DNA from: Gammaproteobacteria bacterium
GTDB lineage: Bacteria > Pseudomonadota > Gammaproteobacteria > SZUA-229
DNA length: 64,000 bases
Direction: 5' to 3'
NCBI GenBank assembly: GCA_041572275.1
Contig: JBFFSQ010000002.1
Span: 1,983-65,982 of the forward strand
Positions 42,160-52,399 of this stretch are shown here, in pieces. The notes beneath the pieces were generated by a model. It saw only the letters and a list, made by a program, of their open reading frames with translations, did no database searches and was not told the DNA's origin. The stretch's first letter is position 1. Each line of letters starts with the position of its first letter. The translations under genes and the position numbers were made by a program.

Positions 42160-44166
42160 TCAAACTCCAGCTCCGAGGGCTAGTTTTCGTAAATCATCAA
42201 TTTTATCACGAATAGCCGCTGCCTCTTCAAACTCCAGATTCTGGGCATGGCTGTACATCTGTTTTTCCAGCACATCAATTTCATGGCTGGCCTGAGCGGC
42301 AGACATATGTGCGTATTCACTGCGTCCCTCGGCCACTTTCATAAATTTCTGCTGATAACGCTGTTCATAGCCCGCCTCCATCACATCGGTGATCGCCTTT
42401 TGAATACCTCGCGGCGTGATGCCATGCTGCTTGTTATAAGCCACCTGTTTATGACGTCTACGTTCAGTTTCATCCAGTGCGCGCCGCATGGAGCCGGTGA
42501 TTTTATCGGCATAAAGAATGGCTTTACCATTTAGATTACGCGCTGCTCGACCGATAGTCTGAATCAAGGAACGATCCGACCTCAGGAAGCCTTCCTTATC
42601 CGCGTCCAGGATCGCCACCAGTGACACCTCTGGCATATCCAGCCCTTCTCTAAGTAAATTGATACCCACCAACACATCAAACTCACCCAATCGCAGGTCA
42701 CGGAGAATCTCCATACGCTCCACTGTATCGATATCAGAATGTAAATAACGCACACGGACACCATGCTCAGTAAGGTAATCAGTTAGATCTTCTGACATAC
42801 GCTTGGTCAAGGTGGTAATCAGGACACGCTCATTGATGGCCGCACGCTTGTTGATTTCAGAGAGTACATCATCCACCTGGGTTGCGACTGGCCTTACCTC
42901 CACCTCTGGATCAATCAGGCCTGTCGGCCTGACCACCTGCTCTGCAACCTGCTGAGCATGTTCCTGCTCATAGCTACCCGGTGTTGCCGACACAAATATA
43001 GTCTGTGGTCGTATTTTCTCAAACTCTTCAAACCGCAAGGGGCGGTTATCCAGGGCAGACAATAGCCGAAAACCATAATTCACCAGATTCTCCTTGCGTG
43101 ATCTATCTCCCTTATACATACCGCCAATCTGAGGAATAGTGACATGGCTCTCATCGATAACGAGCAAGGCATTATCAGGCAAATAATCAAATAGACACGG
43201 TGGTGGCTCACCGGGGGCCCGTCCCGACAGGTAACGCGAATAGTTTTCAATACCATTGCAGTAGCCCAGTTCACGCATCATTTCAATATCGAACTGGGTG
43301 CGCTGCTCCAGACGCTGAGCTTCCACCAGCTTATTGTTTTCCCTGAATTCCGCCAGGCGCTCCCGTAACTCATCCTTAATACGGTCGATAGCACTCTCAA
43401 TGGTATGACGTGGTGTTACATAATGCGTCTTAGGGTAGACAGTTAAACGTGCTACCTTACGTAGCACTTCACCCGTCAGTGGATCGAAATAACTGAGCTG
43501 TTCAATTTCATCATCAAACATTTCTACCCGCACAGCCTCTCGCTCGGAATCAGCAGGGTGTATATCGAGCACTTCACCACGTACCCGGTAGCAACCACGT
43601 TTCAGCTCCATATCATTACGCGTGTATTGCATTTCTGCCAGCCGTCGCAGGATATCGCGCTGATTGATCATGTCTCCACGAACCAGATGCAACATCATAC
43701 TTAAATAGGATTCTGGATCACCCAGACCATAGATGGCGGACACAGTTGCCACAATTATGGTGTCTTCCCTCTCCATAATCGCCTTGGTCGCCGATAGTCG
43801 CATCTGCTCAATATGCTCATTCACCGAGGCATCTTTTTCAATAAATGTATCACTGGACGGCACATAAGCCTCTGGCTGGTAATAATCGTAATAGGAGACA
43901 AAGTATTCCACTGAACTCTGCGGAAACAGTTCCTTCATTTCCCCATAGAGCTGAGCAGCAAGGGTCTTGTTCGGTGCCAGTATCATGGTCGGTCGTTGCG
44001 TCTGCAGAATGACATTGGCAATGGTAAAAGTCTTACCTGAACCGGTAACCCCTAACAAAGTCTGATCTGCAAGACCATCATTAAGGCCTTCAACCAGCGT
44101 TTCGATAGCATTTGGCTGATCACCTGCCGGTTGATTGTCAGTATTGATTTCAAAAAGCTTTGACAT
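42160..44166 (-). CDS. uvrB: Excinuclease ABC subunit B
   Basis: Walker A GVTGSGKT, helicase motifs, C-terminal UVR domain ([10 protein letters not shown]); 668 aa. Confidence 0.95.
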   Translation of the reverse strand: MSKLFEINTDNQPAGDQPNAIETLVEGLNDGLADQTLLGVTGSGKTFTIANVILQTQRPTMILAPNKTLAAQLYGEMKELFPQSSVEYFVSYYDYYQPEAYVPSSDTFIEKDASVNEHIEQMRLSATKAIMEREDTIIVATVSAIYGLGDPESYLSMMLHLVRGDMINQRDILRRLAEMQYTRNDMELKRGCYRVRGEVLDIHPADSEREAVRVEMFDDEIEQLSYFDPLTGEVLRKVARLTVYPKTHYVTPRHTIESAIDRIKDELRERLAEFRENNKLVEAQRLEQRTQFDIEMMRELGYCNGIENYSRYLSGRAPGEPPPCLFDYLPDNALLVIDESHVTIPQIGGMYKGDRSRKENLVNYGFRLLSALDNRPLRFEEFEKIRPQTIFVSATPGSYEQEHAQQVAEQVVRPTGLIDPEVEVRPVATQVDDVLSEINKRAAINERVLITTLTKRMSEDLTDYLTEHGVRVRYLHSDIDTVERMEILRDLRLGEFDVLVGINLLREGLDMPEVSLVAILDADKEGFLRSDRSLIQTIGRAARNLNGKAILYADKITGSMRRALDETERRRHKQVAYNKQHGITPRGIQKAITDVMEAGYEQRYQQKFMKVAEGRSEYAHMSAAQASHEIDVLEKQMYSHAQNLEFEEAAAIRDKIDDLRKLALGAGV

Positions 44167-44214
44167 TGTCTACAATTGCACTGTTTTAGAAAATAATAAT
44201 CTTTTTTCAGGAAT

Positions 44215-45402
44215 ATGACCTTGGCCCTACAATCTTCCAACCGCATTCAAAAAGTTAAACCCTCACCAACTCTGGCGGTTACGGCACTCGCTGCACAACT
44301 GCGAGCAGAAGGCCGTGACGTCATTGGCCTGGCCGCGGGTGAACCGGATTTTGATACACCGGACCACGTCAAACAAGCAGCCATTGAGGCCATCCAGAAT
44401 GGGTTCACCAAATACACAGCGGTGGATGGCACTCCTGAACTGAAACAGGCCATTATAAACAAGTTTAAGCAAGATAATGGCTTAACCTACTCTGCCAATG
44501 AGATTCTTGTATCCTGCGGTGGTAAGCAGAGCTTTTTTAATCTGGCTCAGGCCCTGCTGAATCCAGGTGATGAAGTTATTATTCCTGCACCCTACTGGGT
44601 CTCCTACCCTGACATGGTCAAACTCGCTGATGGCGAACCCGTAATTGTAGCCGGTAATCAGTCCCAGGGTTTTAAAATCACGGCCGACCAACTACGAGCC
44701 GCCATTACAGACAAAACACGCCTGTTTGTCATTAACAGCCCATCCAACCCTTCTGGCAAGGCCTATTCACTGGCTGAACTGAAAGCTCTGGCTGAGGTAC
44801 TGCTGGAACATCCGCAGGTCCTCATTGCCACCGATGATATGTACGAACACATCATCTGGACGGAAGAAGGCTTCTGCAACATCCTCAACGCCTGTCCAGA
44901 GTTGAAAGATCGCACGATTGTACTTAACGGTGTTTCCAAAGCCTACGCCATGACTGGCTGGCGTATTGGCTATGCCGGTGGCCCAGCAGAATTGATTAAA
45001 AACATGAAAAAAGTGCAGTCACAAAGCACATCAAATCCGACCTCCATTTCACAGGTTGCCGCACAGGCTGCACTGGAAGGCGATCAGTCACGCCTGAGCG
45101 AAATGAACAAGGCATTCAAGGAGCGCCATGATTTCGTGCTGAAGTCCCTGCTGGCCATGGATGGCGTTGAATGCCTTCCCAGTGACGGTACCTTTTACAT
45201 ATTCCCCAGCTTTCATCAGGTCATGGCTAAAATGGGCCTGGACGATGATGTTAAACTGGCTGAAAAAATGCTTGCTGAGGCAGAAGTGGCACTGGTACCT
45301 GGGTCTGCTTTTGGCATTCAGGGCCATATGCGCATCTCATTTGCCACTGACATGGCAACTCTGGAAAAAGCCCTGGAAAGGATTGCAAAATTTGTTGCCT
45401 AA
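44215..45402 (+). CDS. Class I pyridoxal-phosphate-dependent aminotransferase (aspartate/aromatic type)
   Basis: PLP-lysine context SKAYAMTGWRIGY; NPSGK; 395 aa. Confidence 0.85.
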   Translation: MTLALQSSNRIQKVKPSPTLAVTALAAQLRAEGRDVIGLAAGEPDFDTPDHVKQAAIEAIQNGFTKYTAVDGTPELKQAIINKFKQDNGLTYSANEILVSCGGKQSFFNLAQALLNPGDEVIIPAPYWVSYPDMVKLADGEPVIVAGNQSQGFKITADQLRAAITDKTRLFVINSPSNPSGKAYSLAELKALAEVLLEHPQVLIATDDMYEHIIWTEEGFCNILNACPELKDRTIVLNGVSKAYAMTGWRIGYAGGPAELIKNMKKVQSQSTSNPTSISQVAAQAALEGDQSRLSEMNKAFKERHDFVLKSLLAMDGVECLPSDGTFYIFPSFHQVMAKMGLDDDVKLAEKMLAEAEVALVPGSAFGIQGHMRISFATDMATLEKALERIAKFVA

Positions 45403-45470
45403 CGGTTGACCGGCTCATAACAAATCGTTAATATATCGCCCTCTCAAAGACAACCCCTTTGAGACGCTAT

Positions 45471-45546
45471 TCCCTGATAGCTCAGTTGGTAGAGCAAATG
45501 ACTGTTAATCATTGGGTCGCTGGTTCGAGTCCAGCTCGGGGAGCCA
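45471..45546 (+). tRNA. tRNA-Asn (GTT)
   Basis: Cloverleaf read by hand: acceptor TCCCTGA/TCGGGGA, D-arm GCTCAGTTGGTAGAGC, anticodon loop CT-GTT-AA, T-arm GGTTCGAGTCC, CCA end. Confidence 0.9.
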
Positions 45547-45553
45547 AATACTG

Positions 45554-45584
45554 AGGCCTCGCACGATGTGCGGGGCCTTTTTTA
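45554..45584 (+). terminator. Rho-independent terminator after tRNA-Asn
   Basis: GAGGCCTCGCAC gatg TGCGGGGCC followed by TTTTTTATTT. Confidence 0.8.
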
Positions 45585-45827
45585 TTTGAGCGACTTCAGC
45601 ATCCACAAACTTCCTGATCAAAGCCGGTTGTGATCGCACATTCAACACCCTTCTGATACATTTTCTGTATTATGATGGTCTGCCTCTTACACCCAGACAA
45701 TAGGCAATCCCCTTTCGTCACTGGCTGCAGAGTAATACATACCCGGATAAACTGAGGCCAGAAAAAATGCAACCTTTAGGTCTGCTTCGCCTCTAATGAT
45801 GAAATAACACAACTAGCAATCAACAAT

Positions 45828-46313
45828 ATGAAGCGCCCCCTGTCATTTCTAGTTCTAATTAGCCTCTTCTCAAGCCCAGTGCTGCTCGCCCAAATCAACC
45901 TCGACAGCCTGCCAGCCTACAGTATTCACTATGATCCTCTGCGCGACCCTTTCCAGGATGGTCATGCGGCCATTAAACTCGCAAACACAACACAACGTCG
46001 CGTACTCATAGAAGTTGGTGGTGACTGGTGCAAATGGTGTCATGTTCTGGATAAATTCCTCAATGATAATCCAGACATAAAAACGAAATTGCACCAGACT
46101 TTTGTTATGCTAAAAGTCAATGTCAGTGATGAAAATGATAACCGTGAATTTTTGAATGCCTTTCCAAAACCACTGGGTTACCCGCATATGTATATTGCTG
46201 AGAACGACGGAAATATTCTGTTATCCAAAGACACTGCTGAATTTCTCAACAATGGTAGCTACTCACGTGAACGTTTCCTGGAGTTTTTTGATCAGTGGGC
46301 ATTAAAACCATGA
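45828..46313 (+). CDS. Thioredoxin-fold protein (CxxC = CKWC), secreted
   Basis: Signal peptide; VLIEVGGDWCKWCHVLDKF thioredoxin-like active site. Confidence 0.7.
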   Translation: MKRPLSFLVLISLFSSPVLLAQINLDSLPAYSIHYDPLRDPFQDGHAAIKLANTTQRRVLIEVGGDWCKWCHVLDKFLNDNPDIKTKLHQTFVMLKVNVSDENDNREFLNAFPKPLGYPHMYIAENDGNILLSKDTAEFLNNGSYSRERFLEFFDQWALKP

Positions 46314-46894
46314 GCACATCATTTACATCACTGGACAGACGCAGTTTTATCAAGCTATTGGCAACGGCTGTAGCCAGTTACCCACTCGCCAGCCTGGCCG
46401 ACAAGCGCAAAAATCCAGCCGTTGATTTGAAAACGATTGATGAGCCCTGGCAGACAATCGCGGCTGTTCAGGAACATTTATTTCCAGCCGATGAAAACAG
46501 CCCCGGCGCCTCTGATATTAATGCTCTGCAATACTTACAGACCATGCTGACAGCTCCGGATATGGAAGAAGATGAACGTCAATTTATTGTCAACGGTGAG
46601 AAATGGCTGAATGAATTATCATTGCAAATACATTCAAAAAAATTTATCGATCTTGATACAGAAACCCGTGAACAGATTTTAAGAAAAATTGAACAAAGTC
46701 GTGCAGGCGGAAACTGGTTATCCACTCAACTGACCTACATTATCGAAGCCCTGCTCAGTGACCCTGTGTACGGTGGTAATCCAGATGGTATTGGCTGGAA
46801 CTGGTTACAACACCAACCAGGTTTCCCGACGCCATCAGCTGACAAGATGTACTACAAGCTCGGCAAGCCCGTATACCGGAGCACCAAAGCATGA
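46295..46894 (+). CDS. Gluconate 2-dehydrogenase subunit 3-family protein (Tat-exported small subunit)
   Basis: Twin-arginine motif DRRSFIKLLATA; family-typical length; overlaps GMC gene by 4 nt. Confidence 0.65.
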   Translation: MGIKTMSTSFTSLDRRSFIKLLATAVASYPLASLADKRKNPAVDLKTIDEPWQTIAAVQEHLFPADENSPGASDINALQYLQTMLTAPDMEEDERQFIVNGEKWLNELSLQIHSKKFIDLDTETREQILRKIEQSRAGGNWLSTQLTYIIEALLSDPVYGGNPDGIGWNWLQHQPGFPTPSADKMYYKLGKPVYRSTKA

Positions 46895-48570
46895 GCACCG
46901 ATTACGATGTATGCGTTATTGGTAGCGGAGCCGGTGGTGGTCCGATCGCCCTGGAACTGTCGAAAGCCGGCCATTCGGTCATTGTTCTGGAAAAAGGCCC
47001 GTGGCTGACCGAAGAAGACTTTTACAAGGATGAACTGGCCTGTTGCCGACGGGAAGTCTATACCCCCAGGCTCAAGGATGAACAACACGTGATCGAAGAC
47101 ATCACTGACCAGGGCCAATGGGTTGCTGAAGCGACTTTTGATTCCGGCTGGAATTTCTGGAATGGCAACACAGTGGGTGGCTCATCCAATTTCATGAGTG
47201 GCTATTTCTATCGACTGAAACCCAAAGACTTTCGCTTACTGTCTGAATTTGGCCCCATTGCCGGGGCGAATATTGCTGACTGGCCTATCAGCTATGAAGA
47301 CCTCGAACCCTATTACACAAAAGTCGAGTCAACCGTCGGTGTATCAGGCCATGTTGTCGAGCATCCGTTCCTGGAACCACGATCAACAAAAGATTTTCCG
47401 TATCCACCGACACAGGAGCACCCACTGGCTCGCTATATTGACCAGGCCTGTCAGCAACTGAATATACATGCACTACCGACACCTCGAGCCATACTATCAC
47501 AGCCGAATATGGGCCGGCGTAGTTGTGAATACTCAGGTTATTGCGGCAGTTTTGGCTGCGCATCCGGCGCTAAAGGCAGTTCACGTGCAGCACTGCTTAA
47601 CCATGCCATCAAAACGGGTAACTGCACCATAACAGCCAATGCCAAAGTATCTAGATTAATCAGTAATAAGAAAGGTAAAGTTATTGCCGCTGAATATTTC
47701 GATACCAAGGCACAGAAGCAAACGGTCACTGCCAAAATTTTTGTCGTCGCATGCCAGGCTATTGAAACCAGTCGTCTGTTGCTTTTATCAACCGGTCCAA
47801 AACATCCAAAGGGTCTCGGTAACAATCACAACCAGGTGGGCAAAAACTTGATTTTTTCAGGTGGAGGTTCAGGTACCGCCGACTTCAATTATGCCAACTT
47901 CAGCCAGTCCGCAGCCGATGAGCTAAAGACACTCGGCCCCTTCGTCAACCGGGGTATACAGGACTGGTATTTCATCAACGATGATGCCATGGGTGGCGAA
48001 CTCAAAGGTGGCACTATTGATTTTCTGATGCGACATCCGAACCCAATTGCTCGCGCCATGTCACACAAATGGGGTAATGATGACAAACTGGTCTGGGGCA
48101 AAGAACTCAAGCACCAGATAAAATCCACATTTACCGAATCACAGTACCTGCGCTTTGAGGTCTTCAATGACTGGCTCCCCACAGACAACTGCTATGTCAG
48201 CCTTGATAAACAGGTAAAAGATAAATGGAATACGGCGGTAGCCAAAATTCGTATCGGCTATCATGAGCATGATCTCAAGGTTGGCCGTTATCTAACCAAT
48301 AAGGCCGAAACCATTCTCCGACAAATGAAAGCGGACAATATACGCAGTAGCGTCAGTGGCTCACCACCTCAAAATCTGGTCGCTGGTGGCTGTCGTTTTG
48401 GAAATGACCCGAAAACCTCAGTATTAAATGCAGACTGCCGGGCGCACGATGTTGAGAATCTTTATGTCACCGATGGCAGCTTCATGCCAACCGGTGGCAG
48501 TGTGCCTTACACCTGGACTATCTATGCCAATTCATTCAGGGTGGCTGATATCATCAAGAAGTATATCTAA
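46891..48570 (+). CDS. GMC-family FAD-dependent oxidoreductase (flavoprotein dehydrogenase subunit)
   Basis: DVCVIGSGAGGGPIA FAD-binding fold; GMC C-terminal region. Confidence 0.85.
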   Translation: MSTDYDVCVIGSGAGGGPIALELSKAGHSVIVLEKGPWLTEEDFYKDELACCRREVYTPRLKDEQHVIEDITDQGQWVAEATFDSGWNFWNGNTVGGSSNFMSGYFYRLKPKDFRLLSEFGPIAGANIADWPISYEDLEPYYTKVESTVGVSGHVVEHPFLEPRSTKDFPYPPTQEHPLARYIDQACQQLNIHALPTPRAILSQPNMGRRSCEYSGYCGSFGCASGAKGSSRAALLNHAIKTGNCTITANAKVSRLISNKKGKVIAAEYFDTKAQKQTVTAKIFVVACQAIETSRLLLLSTGPKHPKGLGNNHNQVGKNLIFSGGGSGTADFNYANFSQSAADELKTLGPFVNRGIQDWYFINDDAMGGELKGGTIDFLMRHPNPIARAMSHKWGNDDKLVWGKELKHQIKSTFTESQYLRFEVFNDWLPTDNCYVSLDKQVKDKWNTAVAKIRIGYHEHDLKVGRYLTNKAETILRQMKADNIRSSVSGSPPQNLVAGGCRFGNDPKTSVLNADCRAHDVENLYVTDGSFMPTGGSVPYTWTIYANSFRVADIIKKYI

Positions 48571-48640
48571 TAGCCGGTCAACCGATAATGTATGGATGAA
48601 CCCTCAGCATCAGTTAACTGTCAGCTTCAATACAATTACT

Positions 48641-49669
48641 TTACGGCCTTAAATCAGTCAGATGTTGTTCGATTTCATTTTCGTGCAACTTCATATAGTC
48701 ATCATGGTTAAACATGATCAAACCACCAGCCAGCTCATACCAGGTAAAACCACTGCTCCACAATGGCACCTCGACAGTTCCCTGGGTTTTGCGCGGAAAC
48801 ACATAGACAACGCCTGCATAATACAAAATATTGTAGGGCTGCTGCTGACTATGTAGAGAGTCAATATACTGCCAGGCCGAGTCAGCTGTATCAAAGGCAT
48901 GACAGGCTGCTGGATAGTCTCGGCTACCGCCATTATGACGCCAGTCCTGGTGACTGACCGGTAAACCTTGCTCATCAACAAACATCTGAAAATGCAGGTG
49001 ATTAACTGAGGCGTAGGCACCGTAACTGTTATACCCAAAACCGGTGCCTGTTATGGTTTCATTGAGTTTACGGGTCAGTTCAAAAATATACTGGTGATCA
49101 GCTTGTTCAAGATATTGAGGTTTGCCATCAACTTTATCCAGCACCAGTAAACCATGCAGGTCCGCAAACGGGTATTTATTGTAGAACAGGTCGACTTCTC
49201 GCCCCATCAAATCACCTTGCCAGAAACACTCTTTGGCCATGAAACGCTTATTAAAGTTAAAACGGTCTTCATCATAAGGGGTATAGACCCCTTCATGGAC
49301 ATACTGGGTGATGCGCCGAGGCCGGAACGAACGCAGGTGATTAAACTGTAACTGCCATATTCCCTCGCTCCTGAGTTTACTAGGGCTCACAGCATCAAAA
49401 CCAATGGCATGCAACTTCAGAAATACCAGCAAATCTTCATCGACCACATCGACATTTCGACCACTGGCAAATGCGTGTCGATAGTTCTCATAGAGCGCCT
49501 GATACTGCTTTTCAAGCATCTCTTTCATATCATCAAAAAGGCCATTATGACTTGTGGCATTGGCACATGCCAAAATGAACGGACCCAGATCGCTTTTCTC
49601 GGCCAGGTTGTGCAAGCCTTTATTAAATTCATTTCTAAAATGCTGGGTCGAGGAAAACGGCGATGTCAT
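48641..49669 (-). CDS. HIT-superfamily protein resembling GDP-L-galactose / GDP-D-glucose phosphorylase (VTC2/GDPGP1-like)
   Basis: SVNHLHFQ (H-phi-H-phi-Q HIT variant recalled from VTC2-type enzymes) and RFNFNK; 342 aa. Confidence 0.4.
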   Translation of the reverse strand: MTSPFSSTQHFRNEFNKGLHNLAEKSDLGPFILACANATSHNGLFDDMKEMLEKQYQALYENYRHAFASGRNVDVVDEDLLVFLKLHAIGFDAVSPSKLRSEGIWQLQFNHLRSFRPRRITQYVHEGVYTPYDEDRFNFNKRFMAKECFWQGDLMGREVDLFYNKYPFADLHGLLVLDKVDGKPQYLEQADHQYIFELTRKLNETITGTGFGYNSYGAYASVNHLHFQMFVDEQGLPVSHQDWRHNGGSRDYPAACHAFDTADSAWQYIDSLHSQQQPYNILYYAGVVYVFPRKTQGTVEVPLWSSGFTWYELAGGLIMFNHDDYMKLHENEIEQHLTDLRP

Positions 49670-49718
49670 ATATATCCGGTCAACACAAAAACGAAAAGTC
49701 TACCAGAAAGGAACACAA

Positions 49719-50123
49719 TCAGTCCTGTACTTTCTTACAGTCGATGAGTTGCTCCCGTATTAGACCAAAGAAATTATGTGCCCCTGAAAAGAACCAGCCC
49801 AGCTGGGTCGAACAGGATTTACAGTGCGCAAAACGCCATTGACAGTTATGGAACCAGCTATCTTTAGCAGTCGCTAAACCCGTTTTATGACAGCCCTGTG
49901 CTTCTGCAAAACAGACAAAACTGAATTCATGCTGATCCGGATTGATTTTAATAAATTGATGCTGACCGTTGATGTGTATACTGAAATAATCATCAGTAAT
50001 AAATGCATTACACACGGCGCAACAATAGCGTAATCGGGGAGCCTTATCCGTTGTTTCAGATTCAGTTTGATGTTCGCTAATCGATTCAATCGCAATCTGG
50101 AAAAATTCAGCTGTGATCTCCAT
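49719..50123 (-). CDS. Cereblon-isoform-4 / CULT (Yippee-Mis18-like) zinc-binding domain protein
   Basis: CCAVC ... CKSC zinc pair with conserved Trp cluster (W..W..LGWFF) as in bacterial CULT domains. Confidence 0.45.
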   Translation of the reverse strand: MEITAEFFQIAIESISEHQTESETTDKAPRLRYCCAVCNAFITDDYFSIHINGQHQFIKINPDQHEFSFVCFAEAQGCHKTGLATAKDSWFHNCQWRFAHCKSCSTQLGWFFSGAHNFFGLIREQLIDCKKVQD

Positions 50124-50168
50124 CTCTATTTTCTACTCCGCTGTAGCCAGAATGAAGCTGCAGGCTGA

Positions 50169-50408
50169 TTAATCCAGCCAATCATCCAGATAATACAGAC
50201 GTTGGCCTTCCGAGGACTTTGAAGGCCCAATGACTTTGGCTGCATATAATTTACGGACAGGGTCTGCCTGTTCCAGCGCATCATGCTGGGTTTCAACAAT
50301 CGTGACACAGGTTTCAGCGAAACGCCCACGTGAACGCTTAGGTGCGTAAACGATGGCAAAATGCACCTGTACTACTTTCGATTCATTATCGACGGTTATA
50401 CCTTTCAT
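50169..50408 (-). CDS. Small hypothetical protein
   Basis: 79-aa ORF inside the minus-strand operon. Confidence 0.35.
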   Translation of the reverse strand: MKGITVDNESKVVQVHFAIVYAPKRSRGRFAETCVTIVETQHDALEQADPVRKLYAAKVIGPSKSSEGQRLYYLDDWLD

Positions 50409-50459
50409 ATTTTAACTTTTTATATTCCTGAATCACGTATCAATTCAATGACCACACTG

Positions 50460-51506
50460 TTAGGGGCTCGGATTAGAGAACTGCTTATGTATCGCCTCAA
50501 TACCTTCTAACACCTGCTCCGATAATACAAGCTCGGCACTGGCAATATTGCTCTCCAGCTGTGCCAGACTTGTCGCACCGATGATATTGGATGTCAGGAA
50601 CTCACGACTGTTAACATAGGCCAGAGCCATCTGTGCCGGATCCAGCGTATGTTGACGAGCCAGATCCACATAGGCCTGAGTAGCCTGGATGGCCTGCTCA
50701 TTACTGTAACGATTATAATCAGGATACAGTGTCAGCCGAGCCCCCTGCGGCTGTGCCCCCTGCAGATATTTACCGGAGAGCACACCAAAACCCAGGGGTG
50801 AATAAGCCAACAGTCCGACCGATTCACGTATTGCCACTTCAGCTAAACCCACCTCAAAACTTCGATTCAGTAACGAGTAGGGATTTTGCACGCTCATTAC
50901 CCGGGGTAGCCCCAGTTTGTCTGCATAATGCAGGAAGCTCATAACACCCCATGGGGTTTCATTCGACAAACCGATATAACGCACTTTACCTGACTGTACC
51001 AGGTCGCCTAGAACGGCCAGGGTTTCTTCAATGGCTACAGGCTGATCATCGTGAACATGGGTATAACCTAAATCACCGAAGAAATTGGTTTTACGATCAG
51101 GCCAGTGCAACTGATACAGATCCACATAATCAGTCTGCAAGCGTTGCAGGCTCCCGTTAATCGCGGCTTCAATATTTTTACGATCAAGGCGACGGGTCTT
51201 TTCATCACGAATATGAGGCAACCACTGGTCTGATGGACCGGCAACCTTGGTTGCCAGAATCACATCCTGACGCTTGCCGGTTTTAGCCAGCCAGTTACCA
51301 ATATAGGTTTCAGTTAAACCATAGGTTTCTGCTTTGGGGGGAATCGCATAAAGCTCGGCGGTGTCAATAAAATTCACGCCTTGTGCTAGTGCATAATCCA
51401 GCTGCTGATGGGCTTCAGCCTCACTATTCTGCTCACCAAATGTCATCGTGCCCAGACAGATGACACTGACATCGATATCGGTCTGCCCCAATTTGTTATA
51501 TTTCAT
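50460..51506 (-). CDS. tas: NADP(H)-dependent aldo/keto reductase Tas
   Basis: Nearly colinear with E. coli Tas: LGTMTFGEQNSEA-AH-QLDYA, YQLHWP; 348 aa. Confidence 0.88.
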   Translation of the reverse strand: MKYNKLGQTDIDVSVICLGTMTFGEQNSEAEAHQQLDYALAQGVNFIDTAELYAIPPKAETYGLTETYIGNWLAKTGKRQDVILATKVAGPSDQWLPHIRDEKTRRLDRKNIEAAINGSLQRLQTDYVDLYQLHWPDRKTNFFGDLGYTHVHDDQPVAIEETLAVLGDLVQSGKVRYIGLSNETPWGVMSFLHYADKLGLPRVMSVQNPYSLLNRSFEVGLAEVAIRESVGLLAYSPLGFGVLSGKYLQGAQPQGARLTLYPDYNRYSNEQAIQATQAYVDLARQHTLDPAQMALAYVNSREFLTSNIIGATSLAQLESNIASAELVLSEQVLEGIEAIHKQFSNPSP

Positions 51507-51576
51507 ATCATAATGGCTTCCATGTTGAGACAGAAACCATTATGAACTCACCAAAAAATTACTCAAGAGCTGATAA

Positions 51577-52212
51577 TTAATGATGCTGTAACTGTCCGCT
51601 ATAAGCTGCCATCAGGGAAACAAACAGTGCAACAGTGATAAGCACTGATAACCACAACAGGGGCCCAAGCATCACCCCATCGAACTGCATCAGCACAGTT
51701 ATTATAAGCAGTGCCATGAACAATGAGTTGAGTAGCCACTTCACCGCATGAAGCAGAGGCGTTTTCATACCCATGCCCCAGAGGAAAATCCAGCGAATAG
51801 TCCTTAATGTTGTCAGCCATGCCAGCGCCAGCAGAATCAGACCTCCAGGTAACCAGATACCCCCTTTCACCATACCCAGTTCGAGCAGTAAAAGCGCTAT
51901 AAAAGCCAGGTTATGACTCAAGCCAAATACTGAATAATCAGTGACAGAGGTACGATACCAGCGCGGGAACATTTCCAGTATAAGACCCAGGGCCACCCAG
52001 CCCAGCATCCCGAACACCAGCACAACAGCTGGCACATACACGGAGGCAGAGACACTGCTCAATAAGCCTGCTATAGATAACAGCAGCAGTACCAGACCGT
52101 GAAATAGTGCGCCGAAACTGTAGAGACGAAAGGGTGAGCACGCAATAAACCACCAGGCGCGTGAAACGACGCCCCGATTAATCGGGTCTTTATGGCCAAT
52201 GGCTAAACACAT
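51577..52212 (-). CDS. Integral membrane protein (about 6 TM), unknown function
   Basis: Hydrophobic 211-aa ORF. Confidence 0.5.
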   Translation of the reverse strand: MCLAIGHKDPINRGVVSRAWWFIACSPFRLYSFGALFHGLVLLLLSIAGLLSSVSASVYVPAVVLVFGMLGWVALGLILEMFPRWYRTSVTDYSVFGLSHNLAFIALLLLELGMVKGGIWLPGGLILLALAWLTTLRTIRWIFLWGMGMKTPLLHAVKWLLNSLFMALLIITVLMQFDGVMLGPLLWLSVLITVALFVSLMAAYSGQLQHH

Positions 52213-52399
52213 AGTTATTTATTATCTCGTTCTCTCAGGCCCCGGCATTGAGCTTGCACAAGAAACTGACGTTTTACCAGGATAGCTTGTTATCACAAAG
52301 CCACCAACCTGATATTGACTGACTCATTTAAGGAGAAAAATATTCAGATCTGATAAAATCCCATTTCCCATAGTTACCCCGACTTGAACCATCCGTCGT

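Noticed and set aside
44167-44214. Looked for a CTGT-N8-ACAG SOS box upstream of uvrB
   Set aside because: Only ACTGTTTTAGAAAATAAT is present, with no ACAG half-site; no canonical LexA box can be claimed
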